64,000 bases of DNA from a virus. Below the pieces are notes generated by a model. The model saw only the letters and a program-made list of their open reading frames with translations, had not been told where the DNA came from and did not search any database. The position numbers and the translations under genes are program-made. The stretch lies in the IMG/VR virus record IMGVR_UViG_3300033076_000783, one strand, 5' to 3'. This document shows, piece by piece, positions 9,192-18,098 of the stretch (its first letter is position 1; each line of letters opens with the position of its first letter).

Positions 9192-9380
9192 ATGAAAGAG
9201 TTAATCAATCTTTATTTAGACATTTTCAATTCAATGGAAACATTTGAAAAAGTATTAGTAATCTTTTGGTCATTATGTGTGGTCATGTTTTATGTGTCAT
9301 TCCTTATGATTATAAAGAACGTAATACACGACACTATCAAATCATTCTTTGTAAAGAAACCTCAACCCCAACGATTTTAG
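9192..9380 (+). CDS. small membrane protein
   Basis: 62 aa with a central hydrophobic helix. Confidence 0.4.
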   Translation: MKELINLYLDIFNSMETFEKVLVIFWSLCVVMFYVSFLMIIKNVIHDTIKSFFVKKPQPQRF

Positions 9381-9471
9381 TTGTCATCAGTCGGTTAATA
9401 TGGGTAAAGTCCTCATCAGTAATGGTGGGGATTTTTTTTTGGTAAGAAGAAATGGTTTCAGCCCCTGATCC

Positions 9472-9585
9472 AGAAAATAATGAAGGGCTCGGAGCCGTTC
9501 TTTATTACCATCCGGATCAGCTTGGACCGGGTTCATTTATGAGCCCTTCATTATTACCATCCGGATCAGCTTGGACGAGGGTGGA
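9472..9585. repeat. Intergenic palindrome family, compound copy B with 21-bp direct repeat
   Basis: AATAATGAAGGGCTCGGAGCCGTTCTTTATT and TTCATTTATGAGCCCTTCATTATT, each followed by ACCATCCGGATCAGCTTGGAC. Confidence 0.75.
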
Positions 9586-9614
9586 AAAAATATCCTAAAA
9601 AAAATCAAAATATA

Positions 9615-9646
9615 TTTGGTGGAATAGAAAAGTTGTTATATCTTTG
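9615..9646 (+). promoter_or_regulatory. Bacteroidetes-type promoter
   Basis: TTTGG ...20 nt... TATCTTTG; consensus shared with more than 12 other intergenic regions. Confidence 0.55.
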
Positions 9647-9668
9647 TATCAACAAAATAAATAATGAT

Positions 9669-9884
9669 ATGGAAAAATTAAGAGTTAAAAAATCAGATTT
9701 CAAATCCGACCTCTCATTTAACGAGTGGTGTGAGAAGTACAATTTGGGTAAGGGTTATGTACAACCTACTCAATATTTTCAAGGACACAAAAATTGGTCA
9801 ATGGAACCTATCGGAGTGGCGAAATACATTCACGAAAGTCCTATTGAAAGATTATTTAGAGTTATAAAAAGAAAATTAAAATAA
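9669..9884 (+). CDS. hypothetical protein
   Basis: ORF-track start at 9633 lies in the promoter; first plausible ATG (MEKLRVKK) is at 9669. Confidence 0.45.
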   Translation: MEKLRVKKSDFKSDLSFNEWCEKYNLGKGYVQPTQYFQGHKNWSMEPIGVAKYIHESPIERLFRVIKRKLK

Positions 9885-9888
9885 TATT

Positions 9889-10194
9889 ATGTTAGTAAAA
9901 TTAACTTATTACGGAACAGACCGACCTACATTAGTCAATATGGACAATGTGGAAAGTATCTACCAAGTGTTTGACAAGTCGTCGAAAAGATATTCGACCA
10001 AGATATGTTTTAGTGGTAACGAAAGTTTCATCAATGTTGAGGAAGATTTACAGACGATATTAAGATTGGCTCAAGAAGTCAGTATGGGTAAGTTTCAATC
10101 ACACGATTGGGAAACACCAAGTATAGAAGAAAGAATGGCGGCGTCATTCCAACGTAAATACGATACTCAATTTAATGATACATTTAATTATTAA
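9889..10194 (+). CDS. hypothetical protein
   Basis: 101-aa ORF. Confidence 0.45.
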   Translation: MLVKLTYYGTDRPTLVNMDNVESIYQVFDKSSKRYSTKICFSGNESFINVEEDLQTILRLAQEVSMGKFQSHDWETPSIEERMAASFQRKYDTQFNDTFNY

Positions 10195-10384
10195 TCCTAT
10201 GAAAGAGATGTTAAGTGTTTTTAAAGAACAATGGAACGAAGACCCAAAAGAAATGATTGGTGGGATATTGTTTATGATTGGTTGGTGTGGTATGACATAT
10301 TTCCTACTTTGGTTTGGTGCGACGTTTTGTTACGATATGTGATGTGTTTTGTGTTTATAGTTTAATTGTTAGTTCCCCTAAGAC

Positions 10385-10410
10385 CCTATCAGAAATGGTA
10401 GGGTTTTTTG
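10385..10410 (+). terminator. Intrinsic terminator
   Basis: CCCTATCagaaatGGTAGGG+TTTTTT; near-identical to the terminator at 19870. Confidence 0.6.
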
Positions 10411-10458
10411 TTTTTCGGATAGACCACCCATCGACGGTTATGGACCGGGTAATAATGA

Positions 10459-10630
10459 ACGGCCCATTCGAACTCATTACTAATCAATCTGATGTGAATC
10501 CATTTATAACATTAGTGTGAATTCTATCTGCACAGATCCTGTAAATTAATGAACGGCTCGTATTACACAGAGGTGGGATTGTATTACATGGCCGTACATT
10601 ATTCATTCCCGTCGGAACAGGTGAGATGGT
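10459..10630. repeat. Intergenic palindrome family, copies C1/C2
   Basis: ATAATGAACGGCCCATTCGAACTCATTAC and AATTAATGAACGGCTC-gtattacacagaggtgggattgtattaca-TGGCCGTACATTATTC. Confidence 0.7.
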
Positions 10631-10722
10631 CAAGAAAAATAAATTAAAAAAAAGTTGTAAAAAAGTTTGGTGGGTAAAATATAATGATTATATTTGTATG
10701 AACAATTTAAACAAATACTATT

Positions 10723-11037
10723 ATGTCACAGAAACAAATTTTAATCGAGAACATTAGTGAAACTAATGATGTAAAGAAATTGGAAATGACAATTTCAATG
10801 TTAATGTTTGGTTGGGTTATGGACGACCACAACACAAAAGAGTACGAGGAACTTATTGAAGTATCCGTAAATCGTTTGAACATTCTTATGTTGATACGAG
10901 GAGAAGAACACCCATTACAAAATGTGGATTTGGTTAGAGATAGAGAGAGAATCGAAATGAGTGTGAAGTTGTCAATGATTAAAAGTGTTATGGATATGGA
11001 AAAAATGAATCCATTACACCAAATGAGTATGAATTAA
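10723..11037 (+). CDS. hypothetical protein
   Basis: 104-aa ORF preceded by a TTTGG...TATATTTG promoter-like sequence. Confidence 0.45.
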   Translation: MSQKQILIENISETNDVKKLEMTISMLMFGWVMDDHNTKEYEELIEVSVNRLNILMLIRGEEHPLQNVDLVRDRERIEMSVKLSMIKSVMDMEKMNPLHQMSMN

Positions 11038-11063
11038 ATCTTTTTCATTGTCGTTGTTAAAAG

Positions 11064-11092
11064 GGTAGGACTTTGTTCTACCTTTTTTTTTG
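11064..11092 (+). terminator. Intrinsic terminator
   Basis: GGTAGgactttgttCTACC+TTTTTTTTT. Confidence 0.6.
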
Positions 11093-11109
11093 TCCAAGAA
11101 TTCTTTTCG

Positions 11110-11175
11110 CGCAGATCATGTGAATTAATGAACGGCCCAAGCCATACATTATTCATCAGGGACCAGCTGGATCAC
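11110..11175. repeat. Intergenic palindrome family, copy D
   Basis: GCGCAGATCATGTGAATTAATGAACGGCCCAAGCCATACATTATTCAT with outer arm CTGGATCAC. Confidence 0.7.
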
Positions 11176-11295
11176 GGTGAAAATTCATTAGGAAAACTTT
11201 AACAAAAAAAGTTGACAAAATATTTGGTAAACTAATATTATTGTTATATCTTTACATCAACAAAACAATTATTAATCCTTTAAACATTTAAAAAA

Positions 11296-11736
11296 ATGGG
11301 AACAAGAAGCACTTATCGTTTTATCGAACAATACAAAGACGATAGAAACGACACAAACGAAAATCATTTAGCCTTAGTTTACTTTCAGTACGATGGTTAC
11401 CCAAGTGGACACCCAAGTGAAACCGCGGAATGGTTAGTATCTGGTGAAGTAGTTAATGGGTTCGGAATTGGAGTTGAAAAATTACAATTCAACGGAGCGG
11501 GTTGTTTAGTCGCTCAATTCATATCCAAGTACAAAAACGGAGTAGGCGGAGTTTATGTAAATTCATTAGATAGTAGGGGTAAATGTTGGGAAGACTATCT
11601 TTATGATGTTATTGTGAAGTTGGATAATTCGATTGAGTATGTGTGTTATGAAAACGACGAAACACCTCGTGAAATTTTCAGAGGAAGTCCAAAAGATTTT
11701 CTAACGAAATATAAAAGAGAAGTAGAAGTAGAATAG
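11296..11736 (+). CDS. hypothetical protein
   Basis: 146-aa ORF after a promoter (TTTGG...TATCTTTAC). Confidence 0.5.
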   Translation: MGTRSTYRFIEQYKDDRNDTNENHLALVYFQYDGYPSGHPSETAEWLVSGEVVNGFGIGVEKLQFNGAGCLVAQFISKYKNGVGGVYVNSLDSRGKCWEDYLYDVIVKLDNSIEYVCYENDETPREIFRGSPKDFLTKYKREVEVE

Positions 11737-11759
11737 GTTTAGTGTTATTAATAAGTAAA

Positions 11760-11787
11760 AGGGTGGGATTTTATCTCACCTTTTTTT
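11760..11787 (+). terminator. Intrinsic terminator
   Basis: GGGTGGGATtttATCTCACC+TTTTTTT. Confidence 0.55.
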
Positions 11788-11825
11788 ATGCGCCAAAGTT
11801 TGCGCCGTCATGCGCGCTGCGCACT

Positions 11826-11874
11826 GTGAATAATGAATGGCTTGTATTACACCAACGAGCCGTACATTATTTTA
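11826..11874. repeat. Intergenic palindrome family, copy E (GTATTAC loop insert)
   Basis: GTGAATAATGAATGGCTtgtattacaccaacGAGCCGTACATTATTTT. Confidence 0.7.
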
Positions 11875-11989
11875 CAGACTCAGCCGGGTGAATTCCTCAA
11901 GAAAAAATAATTTAAAAAAAAATGAAAATAAATTTGTTTTATAATAAAATAGTATTATCTTTATACCAACAAAACAAAACAAATACATT

Positions 11990-12211
11990 ATGGTAACAAC
12001 AACAATTAACCCTATCAAAACAAAAAGATTGTTTTGGGGAAAGAAAGGTAAAGAAGTAAGTGGTTGGTTAAAATTAGAAGACGGAACCAAAACACATTTC
12101 TTCATTGACAAAGATGGTACTTGGGAACAATGGGGTAACACTCGTGATAATCTTACGAAGTCGATTCCGTTCCTACACGACCTAACAACATTTCTCCTTT
12201 GTGGAGAGTAG
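11990..12211 (+). CDS. hypothetical protein
   Basis: 73-aa ORF. Confidence 0.4.
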   Translation: MVTTTINPIKTKRLFWGKKGKEVSGWLKLEDGTKTHFFIDKDGTWEQWGNTRDNLTKSIPFLHDLTTFLLCGE

Positions 12212-12287
12212 ACACTCATTTTAATAAGGGTTTAAAGATAATCCCTCGGACTTTTGGTTCGGGGGATTTTTGTTTACTGAAGAAACT

Positions 12288-12348
12288 GTTTTCGCGCAGA
12301 TCATGTGAATTATGAATGGCTCGAGCCGTTCTTTATTTTCTGGATCTG
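12288..12348. repeat. Intergenic palindrome family, copy F (near-perfect)
   Basis: CGCGCAGATCATGTGAATTATGAATGGCTCGAGCCGTTCTTTATTTTCTGGATCTGCACCG; core and outer arms are both self-complementary. Confidence 0.8.
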
Positions 12349-12450
12349 CACCGTCGAAGGTGAAGAAAAATATTTTAAAAAAAACAAAGAAAAATTTTGG
12401 ATATACAGATATAATTGTTATCTTTGTATAAACATTAAAACAAACACATT

Positions 12451-13035
12451 ATGAAAAGGTATGAATTAAAAGTCGTTCAAGACGAAAGTCCGATGAATCC
12501 AAGAACAGAATGGGATAACGTAACAACAATGTTATGTTTCCATAGACGTTATGATTTGGGTGACGAAACACATTATTGTTCCAACAATTATGATGGATGG
12601 GATGAATTCGAAGAACAAATTCGAAAAGACTACAATGTACTAATGTTGAAACCATTATATCTATACGACCATAGTGGGATAACTATTAGTACGAGTCCAT
12701 TTGGTTGTATATGGGATAGTGGTCAAATTGGTTTTATTTTGATAGAAGAAAAACAGTGGGAGAAAATGATGGGCCCCGACATGGATAGAAGTGAAGAAAG
12801 ATTAGAACGTATTATCAATGGAGAGGTTGAGGATTATGATAAGTATTTGAGAGGTGACGTTTGGGGTTTTAAGTTATACGAAGTTAATGAATGTAATTTA
12901 GGACATGAACACAAAGAATTGATTGAGAGTTGTTATGGGTTTTTTGATGAAGACGATTGTAGAAGTGAAGGTGAAAGTATGTTGGAGAGTTACGAAAAAG
13001 AAAGTTTAGTAAAGTCGTCCACATCGGTATTGTAA
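12451..13035 (+). CDS. hypothetical acidic protein
   Basis: 194 aa; conserved-looking YLYDHSGITISTSPFGC block; function unknown. Confidence 0.5.
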   Translation: MKRYELKVVQDESPMNPRTEWDNVTTMLCFHRRYDLGDETHYCSNNYDGWDEFEEQIRKDYNVLMLKPLYLYDHSGITISTSPFGCIWDSGQIGFILIEEKQWEKMMGPDMDRSEERLERIINGEVEDYDKYLRGDVWGFKLYEVNECNLGHEHKELIESCYGFFDEDDCRSEGESMLESYEKESLVKSSTSVL

Positions 13036-13065
13036 ATTTGTTTTGTGTTCATAGTGATAAAATTC

Positions 13066-13092
13066 CCTCGAAGAAATTCGGGGGTTTTTTAT
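13066..13092 (+). terminator. Intrinsic terminator
   Basis: CCCTCGAAgaaaTTCGGGGG+TTTTTT. Confidence 0.6.
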
Positions 13093-13099
13093 TTCCCAC

Positions 13100-13185
13100 A
13101 GATTTCCTGCCGAAGGTTCAGGGTGAATTATGAATGGCTCGAGCCGTACATTATTCATGATGGGATCGGCAGAATCAGGATGGAA
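13100..13185. repeat. Intergenic palindrome family, copy G
   Basis: CCACAGATTTCCTGCCGAAGG...GTGAATTATGAATGGCTCGAGCCGTACATTATTCATG...GGGATCGGCAGAA. Confidence 0.75.
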
Positions 13186-13279
13186 AATCTGTAACAAAAT
13201 TTTAACAAAAAAAAATTAAATAATATTTGGTGGAACGAATTTATTGTTATATATTTGTATTACACAAACAAACACTATT

Positions 13280-13474
13280 ATGGATTACAAAATTTTAACC
13301 TCGTCAAGTCCCGAAACACTTACATCGAATGTAAGATTATTAATCAATGAAGGGTGGAAACCTATCGGTGGTCATTCAGTAGTTGAAGTTCACCGACAAA
13401 ATAGATTTCGTGGTGACCAATTAGTTGATACTATTGTTAAAGTCGAATATTCACAAACCTTAATCAAAGATTAG
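13280..13474 (+). CDS. hypothetical protein
   Basis: Track ORF starts inside the promoter; first plausible ATG (MDYKIL) is at 13280. Confidence 0.4.
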   Translation: MDYKILTSSSPETLTSNVRLLINEGWKPIGGHSVVEVHRQNRFRGDQLVDTIVKVEYSQTLIKD

Positions 13475-13476
13475 TT

Positions 13477-13692
13477 ATGTTTATCGAATTAACCTCAATC
13501 GCATCGGTGGTGAATGATGAAACACTAATGATATATGCGAAATATCAAAATGGTGGTTTTGATGTGGATAGTGGTATTCATATCAAATTAATATCTAACA
13601 ACCTTTATAATTGTTTAAAGGGTATGGATAAATTTATTGTAGACGAATTATTGTATCAAACTAAAATTTATAATTATGAAAAAGGTATCTAA
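13477..13692 (+). CDS. hypothetical protein
   Basis: 71-aa ORF. Confidence 0.4.
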   Translation: MFIELTSIASVVNDETLMIYAKYQNGGFDVDSGIHIKLISNNLYNCLKGMDKFIVDELLYQTKIYNYEKGI

Positions 13693-13894
13693 AAAATGGA
13701 GAATATTATCCCCCGATGGATTTACTATTGAGTTCGGAGTTCCACACTATTCAAGTAGTGAAAAAATGTGGGAGAGTTTTGAAAAATGGAAAGAACGTTA
13801 TAGACAACAAGGTTATTATAGTTCAACCGAATATGGTAGAATACCTTTGGACGAATTGTTTGATTATTGTTTCGTATCATGTTTAGATAATTAA
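13676..13894 (+). CDS. hypothetical protein
   Basis: 72-aa ORF overlapping the upstream gene by 17 nt. Confidence 0.4.
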   Translation: MKKVSKKWRILSPDGFTIEFGVPHYSSSEKMWESFEKWKERYRQQGYYSSTEYGRIPLDELFDYCFVSCLDN

Positions 13895-13906
13895 AACCAT
13901 AAAACT

Positions 13907-14260
13907 ATGTTAAAAGTTAAAGACCACAACAAGTATCGTTTATTCGATTACGAAAATGAAATGTCATACACCTACCAATTGGGTGATGTACTATACAAGA
14001 AATATGAGGGTGACCAAAGTCCCGAGATTGGAGTTGTAATACAGACATTCTCTGATGGTGATTTCCGTACAGATATGTGGGGTATGAGTAGTGAGTCTGA
14101 AGTTCGAGTGGCGACACTGACAGATGTGAAAAATCACCGGCCCGATTTGTTGGGTGATTTAATCATTCAAGTTGGTGTGTACCATATGGAAAATGATAAT
14201 GGTGAAGTCGTGTATGACATAGAGGAGATGACTGATGAGTTTGTTAGATTGACCATTTAA
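13907..14260 (+). CDS. hypothetical protein
   Basis: 117-aa ORF. Confidence 0.45.
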   Translation: MLKVKDHNKYRLFDYENEMSYTYQLGDVLYKKYEGDQSPEIGVVIQTFSDGDFRTDMWGMSSESEVRVATLTDVKNHRPDLLGDLIIQVGVYHMENDNGEVVYDIEEMTDEFVRLTI

Positions 14261-14347
14261 AAATTTTATAACTAAACACTTGATAATACGAGTAATATAT
14301 TTTATATTTTATTAGTGTTCATAAGTGTTTAGTGTTTGTTTAAAGTT

Positions 14348-14377
14348 GGGAACGAGAGTGTCGTTCCCTTCTTTTTT
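14348..14377 (+). terminator. Intrinsic terminator
   Basis: GGGAACGAgagtgTCGTTCCC+TTCTTTTTT. Confidence 0.6.
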
Positions 14378-14410
14378 GTCCGAACCTTCCATGTGCATCT
14401 GAGATTATTC

Positions 14411-14458
14411 AAATTATGAACGGCTCAAAGCCATACATTATTCATTCCCGTCGGAACA
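14411..14458. repeat. Intergenic palindrome family, copy H
   Basis: CAAATTATGAACGGCTCAAAGCCATACATTATTCATTCCCGTCGGAAC; the 3' flank is identical to copy C2. Confidence 0.7.
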
Positions 14459-14536
14459 GAAATCACCGTAAAAAAATTGTCACAAAAAAATAAAATAATA
14501 TTTGGTGGAATGAATTTTATTTTATAATTTTATGTC

Positions 14537-14839
14537 ATGAACAAAACAACTAAACAAGAACTTTGGATGAGGGAATCAACCGAGTTCACAATGTCAGACG
14601 GTTCGACAGTAAATGGATACCGTATCAACTTTGTTAGATTTTTAGAAGAGGGTGAAACCTTGGAGGACATCGACGAAGAATTAGAGTTCGACGAAGTAGT
14701 AGGTGGTAGTGTGGTACCAACTAATGTAGATGAGGACTACAACGAGATTAACGATGATGAGATTGATGATGAGGATATTGATATGTTCAATCCGACATTC
14801 TACATTGGAGGTTTACACGGAGTACCAATAGAGGAATAG
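14537..14839 (+). CDS. hypothetical highly acidic protein
   Basis: 100 aa with D/E-rich tail (DEDYNEINDDEIDDEDIDMF). Confidence 0.45.
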   Translation: MNKTTKQELWMRESTEFTMSDGSTVNGYRINFVRFLEEGETLEDIDEELEFDEVVGGSVVPTNVDEDYNEINDDEIDDEDIDMFNPTFYIGGLHGVPIEE

Positions 14840-14925
14840 GTTTAGAACAAAGGTTGTCTTAAAAGGGTGGGAGTTTCTCTCACCTTTTTTTTATGTCTGA
14901 AGATACCGTTAGATCAACAACAGGT

Positions 14926-14966
14926 GGAATTATGAACGGCCCAAGCCACTCATTATCCTACCTGTG
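14926..14966. repeat. Intergenic palindrome family, copy I
   Basis: GGAATTATGAACGGCCCAAGCCACTCATTATCC. Confidence 0.65.
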
Positions 14967-15194
14967 ATCAGGATCCGGGCTTGAAAAAAAAATTAAATAA
15001 TATTTGGTGAAATGAAAATTGTTTTATAATATTGTATCAGAAAATAACTTTAAAGTTGTTTGACACCAAAACCCTTGAAAACACACCAAAATAAAGGGAA
15101 TAAAAAAAAATTAAAAAAATATTGAAAAAAATTTGGTGGAAAGAAAAAAACATTATATCTTTGTATCAACAAAACGGAATTATTATTAACAACC

Positions 15195-15218
15195 AAAACG
15201 GGGACAGGTAACTGAACA
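15195..15218 (+). promoter_or_regulatory. Conserved 24-nt 5'-leader element AAAACGGGGACAGGTAACTGAACA (copy 1)
   Basis: Exact duplicate at 21080-21103, each placed 10-12 nt upstream of an ATG. Confidence 0.5.
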
Positions 15219-15228
15219 AAAACTTACT

Positions 15229-15975
15229 ATGAACAAGATAATGTCAGGTAAAAAAGTCGGAGAAATTTTTGAAACAAAAGATTATTCAATCTTCAAGTTT
15301 CGTAATGACAATCGTGTGATTGATAACAATCACGTTAAGAAACTTTCTCGTAAGATGAAAGAGAAAGGTTGGTTATCAACTTCAATCGTTACCTTAAATG
15401 GTAGTGGTGATGTAATTGACGGACAACACAGAGTTAAAGCCGCTATGGCGGTAGGTTGTCCAATTCGTTACAAAGTTACTCGTGGAGCGGGTACTGATGA
15501 AATGACCGAAATGAATACTTTACAAAAAAATTGGAGTCCATTTGACCACCTACATAAATTTGTGGAGAGAGGAAATTCAAACTACATTACATTTGATAAA
15601 TTCGTTAAGGATTATCCAATGTTTAAGTACACTGAAATTTCAATGTTGTTGAATAACAATATGACCACAATTAAGAGAGATAGTTTTGAAAGTGGTAACT
15701 ATGTTGTTAAGAATGACAAAGTAGGTCGTGAGTGGGCGAATTACATATTAGAGTTGAAACCATACTTTGAGAAGTATTACAATAAGTCAATCTTCGTGAG
15801 AGGTTTCATCAAAGTAATATCTTCTAAACCCGAGTTCGTGTTTGAGGAGTTCTTACACAAAGTGAAGTTAAGACCAAATATGTTAGTACCTTGTGGAACG
15901 GTGGAACAATATGTTCAAATGATTGAGGACATTTACAACTATCGTAGAGGTGAAAAGGTTAATTTGAGATTTTAG
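15229..15975 (+). CDS. DGQHR-domain protein (DndB-like, ParB/Srx nuclease superfamily)
   Basis: VIDGQHRVKAAMAVG motif; 248 aa. Confidence 0.5.
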   Translation: MNKIMSGKKVGEIFETKDYSIFKFRNDNRVIDNNHVKKLSRKMKEKGWLSTSIVTLNGSGDVIDGQHRVKAAMAVGCPIRYKVTRGAGTDEMTEMNTLQKNWSPFDHLHKFVERGNSNYITFDKFVKDYPMFKYTEISMLLNNNMTTIKRDSFESGNYVVKNDKVGREWANYILELKPYFEKYYNKSIFVRGFIKVISSKPEFVFEEFLHKVKLRPNMLVPCGTVEQYVQMIEDIYNYRRGEKVNLRF

Positions 15976-16003
15976 GATTTTGGTTGGTTAGTAAATAAGA
16001 ATC

Positions 16004-16031
16004 GGGGGACAGAAATGTTCCCCTTTTTTTA
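16004..16031 (+). terminator. Intrinsic terminator
   Basis: GGGGGACAgaaaTGTTCCCC+TTTTTTT. Confidence 0.6.
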
Positions 16032-16068
16032 TGTATTACAAGAAGGTTCGAGCTCAGGAAGGTATCCG

Positions 16069-16093
16069 AATAATGAATGGCCCACGGTTTTGT
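16069..16093. repeat. Intergenic palindrome family, half-copy J
   Basis: GAATAATGAATGGCCCACGG only. Confidence 0.5.
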
Positions 16094-16222
16094 TTAGTAT
16101 TATATTGGTTTAATCATGTTTTGTTTAAACTTTCATAAAAAAGATTGCACAAATTAAATATTTTTATTGTTTATTCGATTTTTTGTATTACTTTTGCAGT
16201 CGAAATCAAACTACACAATTTT

Positions 16223-16462
16223 ATGGAAACTGATAGTAGAAACAAGGCGGATAATATCAACCTTGTGGATAAGTCAAAAAAAGTGTTTGTTAGAATCCAA
16301 TTAAGTAACAATCGTAAGTATTGGGAAAAATGGATATCTAAAGACAAAAAAGATTGGGAGTTGGACGGCAAGCTGAAGAGTCTCGAAGATGTGTTAAAGT
16401 CACAACAAGATGTTATAGATAGTAACTATAATAATCTCTTCAACTTATTAGTTAGGAAATAG
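16223..16462 (+). CDS. hypothetical protein
   Basis: Track ORF starts at 16145. A TACTTTTG -7-like box at about 16190 favours the METDSRNK start at 16223. Confidence 0.35.
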   Translation: METDSRNKADNINLVDKSKKVFVRIQLSNNRKYWEKWISKDKKDWELDGKLKSLEDVLKSQQDVIDSNYNNLFNLLVRK

Positions 16463-16525
16463 TTCCATTTTAATATTTGTTTTGTTAGAGTAAGGGTGTT
16501 AGTAAGTTTTGTTCAATCCCCCAAA

Positions 16526-16552
16526 CCCCACGAGAAATTGTGGGGTTTTTTT
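16526..16552 (+). terminator. Intrinsic terminator
   Basis: CCCCACgagaaattGTGGGG+TTTTTTT. Confidence 0.6.
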
Positions 16553-16565
16553 ATGTCCACAGATT

Positions 16566-16640
16566 TTCCTGCAGATCATGCTGCACATTATGAATGGCTC
16601 GAGGCCGTTCATTATTCCCTGGCAGCTGCAGATCAGATCA
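16566..16640. repeat. Intergenic palindrome family, copy K (perfect 30-bp core)
   Basis: CATTATGAATGGCTCGAGGCCGTTCATTATT flanked by CTGCAGATCA on both sides. Confidence 0.8.
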
Positions 16641-16732
16641 CGGAGAAAAAATAATTTATATTTCTTGAAAATAATTTTGGATTATATAAAATATTGTTTT
16701 ATCTTTGTAGTGTAACAAAACAATAATACATT

Positions 16733-17578
16733 ATGGAAAGAATTAAAGAAGTACTGAACACAACTGGTTTAAACTGGAATGTTCGCAGTGAAGAATTAAC
16801 TACTGAAAGTGGAATCATTTTAAGTGGTTACAAAGCAATTGTTCGTGATGACACTAATACTGCATTATCAGTAATGAGTGACACGTATGAACCGTTTCAA
16901 AATTATGACTTGGTCGAGTTGCTAGACAAGGTGTCAAATATGACAGGCTTGGAAGTAACAAGAGGTGGGACATTTAAAGATGGTGCTCGCGTGTATGTAC
17001 AATTAAAATCGGATAACCTTAAGTTGGGTGACGATAGAATCGAGGGATATTTGACTGGCATCAATTCATTCGATGGTTCAACGAGTTTAGCATTCGGACC
17101 TAGTAACATTACAATCAGTTGTCAAAATTCATTCTTCTCAGCATTTAGAGAAATGAAAACAAAAATTCGTCACACCAAAAACATGATGATTAAAGTGGAC
17201 GAAGTATGTAGAAGTTTAGAGAATGCATTAGTGGAAGAAAAGAAAATGTTTGATAGTATCGTTCAATTAAGTGAAATCCGTTATGATGATGTAATGAAGG
17301 ATAATGTTATTCGTAAGTTATTCGACATTAAGAAAGATGTGGATTTAAAAGATGTTGATTCTATTCATACGACTACACGAAATAGACTTAGTAGATTTTA
17401 TGTTGACCTTAACGGAGAGTTGCAACAAAAGGGAGATAATATGTGGGGTTTATTTAGTGGAGTAACAAAGTACACCACACATTCATTGAGTAAAGGCAAT
17501 AGTCTTGAAACTAAAATGATGGGGACTTATGGCAAGAGAGAAAGAGAAATCTTTAGTGATATGTTAGAGTTAGTGTAA
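16733..17578 (+). CDS. DUF932 / phage-plasmid-like protein (TIGR03299-like)
   Basis: GLNWNV, RDDTNTALSVMSDTYEPFQN, GARVYVQLK and SFDGSTS blocks resemble the DUF932 family. Confidence 0.5.
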   Translation: MERIKEVLNTTGLNWNVRSEELTTESGIILSGYKAIVRDDTNTALSVMSDTYEPFQNYDLVELLDKVSNMTGLEVTRGGTFKDGARVYVQLKSDNLKLGDDRIEGYLTGINSFDGSTSLAFGPSNITISCQNSFFSAFREMKTKIRHTKNMMIKVDEVCRSLENALVEEKKMFDSIVQLSEIRYDDVMKDNVIRKLFDIKKDVDLKDVDSIHTTTRNRLSRFYVDLNGELQQKGDNMWGLFSGVTKYTTHSLSKGNSLETKMMGTYGKREREIFSDMLELV

Positions 17579-17667
17579 TACACCAATATCCATTAGAGTT
17601 AATAACCCCGATGTTTTTACATTGGGGTTTTTTAATGCTTGCAATTTTGGTTGCTGTTGCACATGCG

Positions 17668-17715
17668 CTGAATTATGAACGGCTCAACACGTATTACGAG
17701 CCACTCATTATCCTG
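17668..17715. repeat. Intergenic palindrome family, copy L (GTATTAC loop insert)
   Basis: CTGAATTATGAACGGCTCaacacgtattacGAGCCACTCATTATCCTG. Confidence 0.7.
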
Positions 17716-17773
17716 ACTGGTCCATGCCTGGATCAGGGCTAAAAAAATAATTTGAAAAAAAAGTAAATAAAAT

Positions 17774-17804
17774 TTGGTGGAATGATTTTTTTGTTATATC
17801 TTTG
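17774..17804 (+). promoter_or_regulatory. Bacteroidetes-type promoter
   Basis: TTTGGTGG ...19 nt... TATCTTTG. Confidence 0.55.
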
Positions 17805-17825
17805 TATCAACAAAAACAAATTAAT

Positions 17826-18083
17826 ATGATTAAGAAAACAAAACACACTCTGTTGTTAGGTGAGGGAGTTCACCAACACACACTCTATGGTAAGTTCGCA
17901 ATCGGTGATGGTACTGATTTTGCTGAACTTGAAGTTACGGAAGAAAGTCTATTAAAACACGAACACCCTAACGGAAATTTTGGTGAACACCAAACATTGA
18001 AGATTGAGAAGGGTGATTGGGTTATGGGTAGACAAGTTGAGTTCAACCCAATGGATAGTAAGATAACAAGAGTTTGGGACTAA
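17826..18083 (+). CDS. hypothetical protein
   Basis: Start adjusted to MIKKTKH, downstream of the promoter. Confidence 0.45.
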   Translation: MIKKTKHTLLLGEGVHQHTLYGKFAIGDGTDFAELEVTEESLLKHEHPNGNFGEHQTLKIEKGDWVMGRQVEFNPMDSKITRVWD

Positions 18084-18098
18084 TTAAAATTTAGCAAA

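Noticed and set aside
10314-10520. ORF 10314-10520 (+)
   Set aside because: It spans a terminator hairpin and a palindrome repeat. A shorter, unlisted ORF at about 10198-10343 (MKEMLSVFKEQWNEDPKEMIGGILFMIGWCGMTYFLLWFGATFCYDM) is a more plausible small membrane protein.
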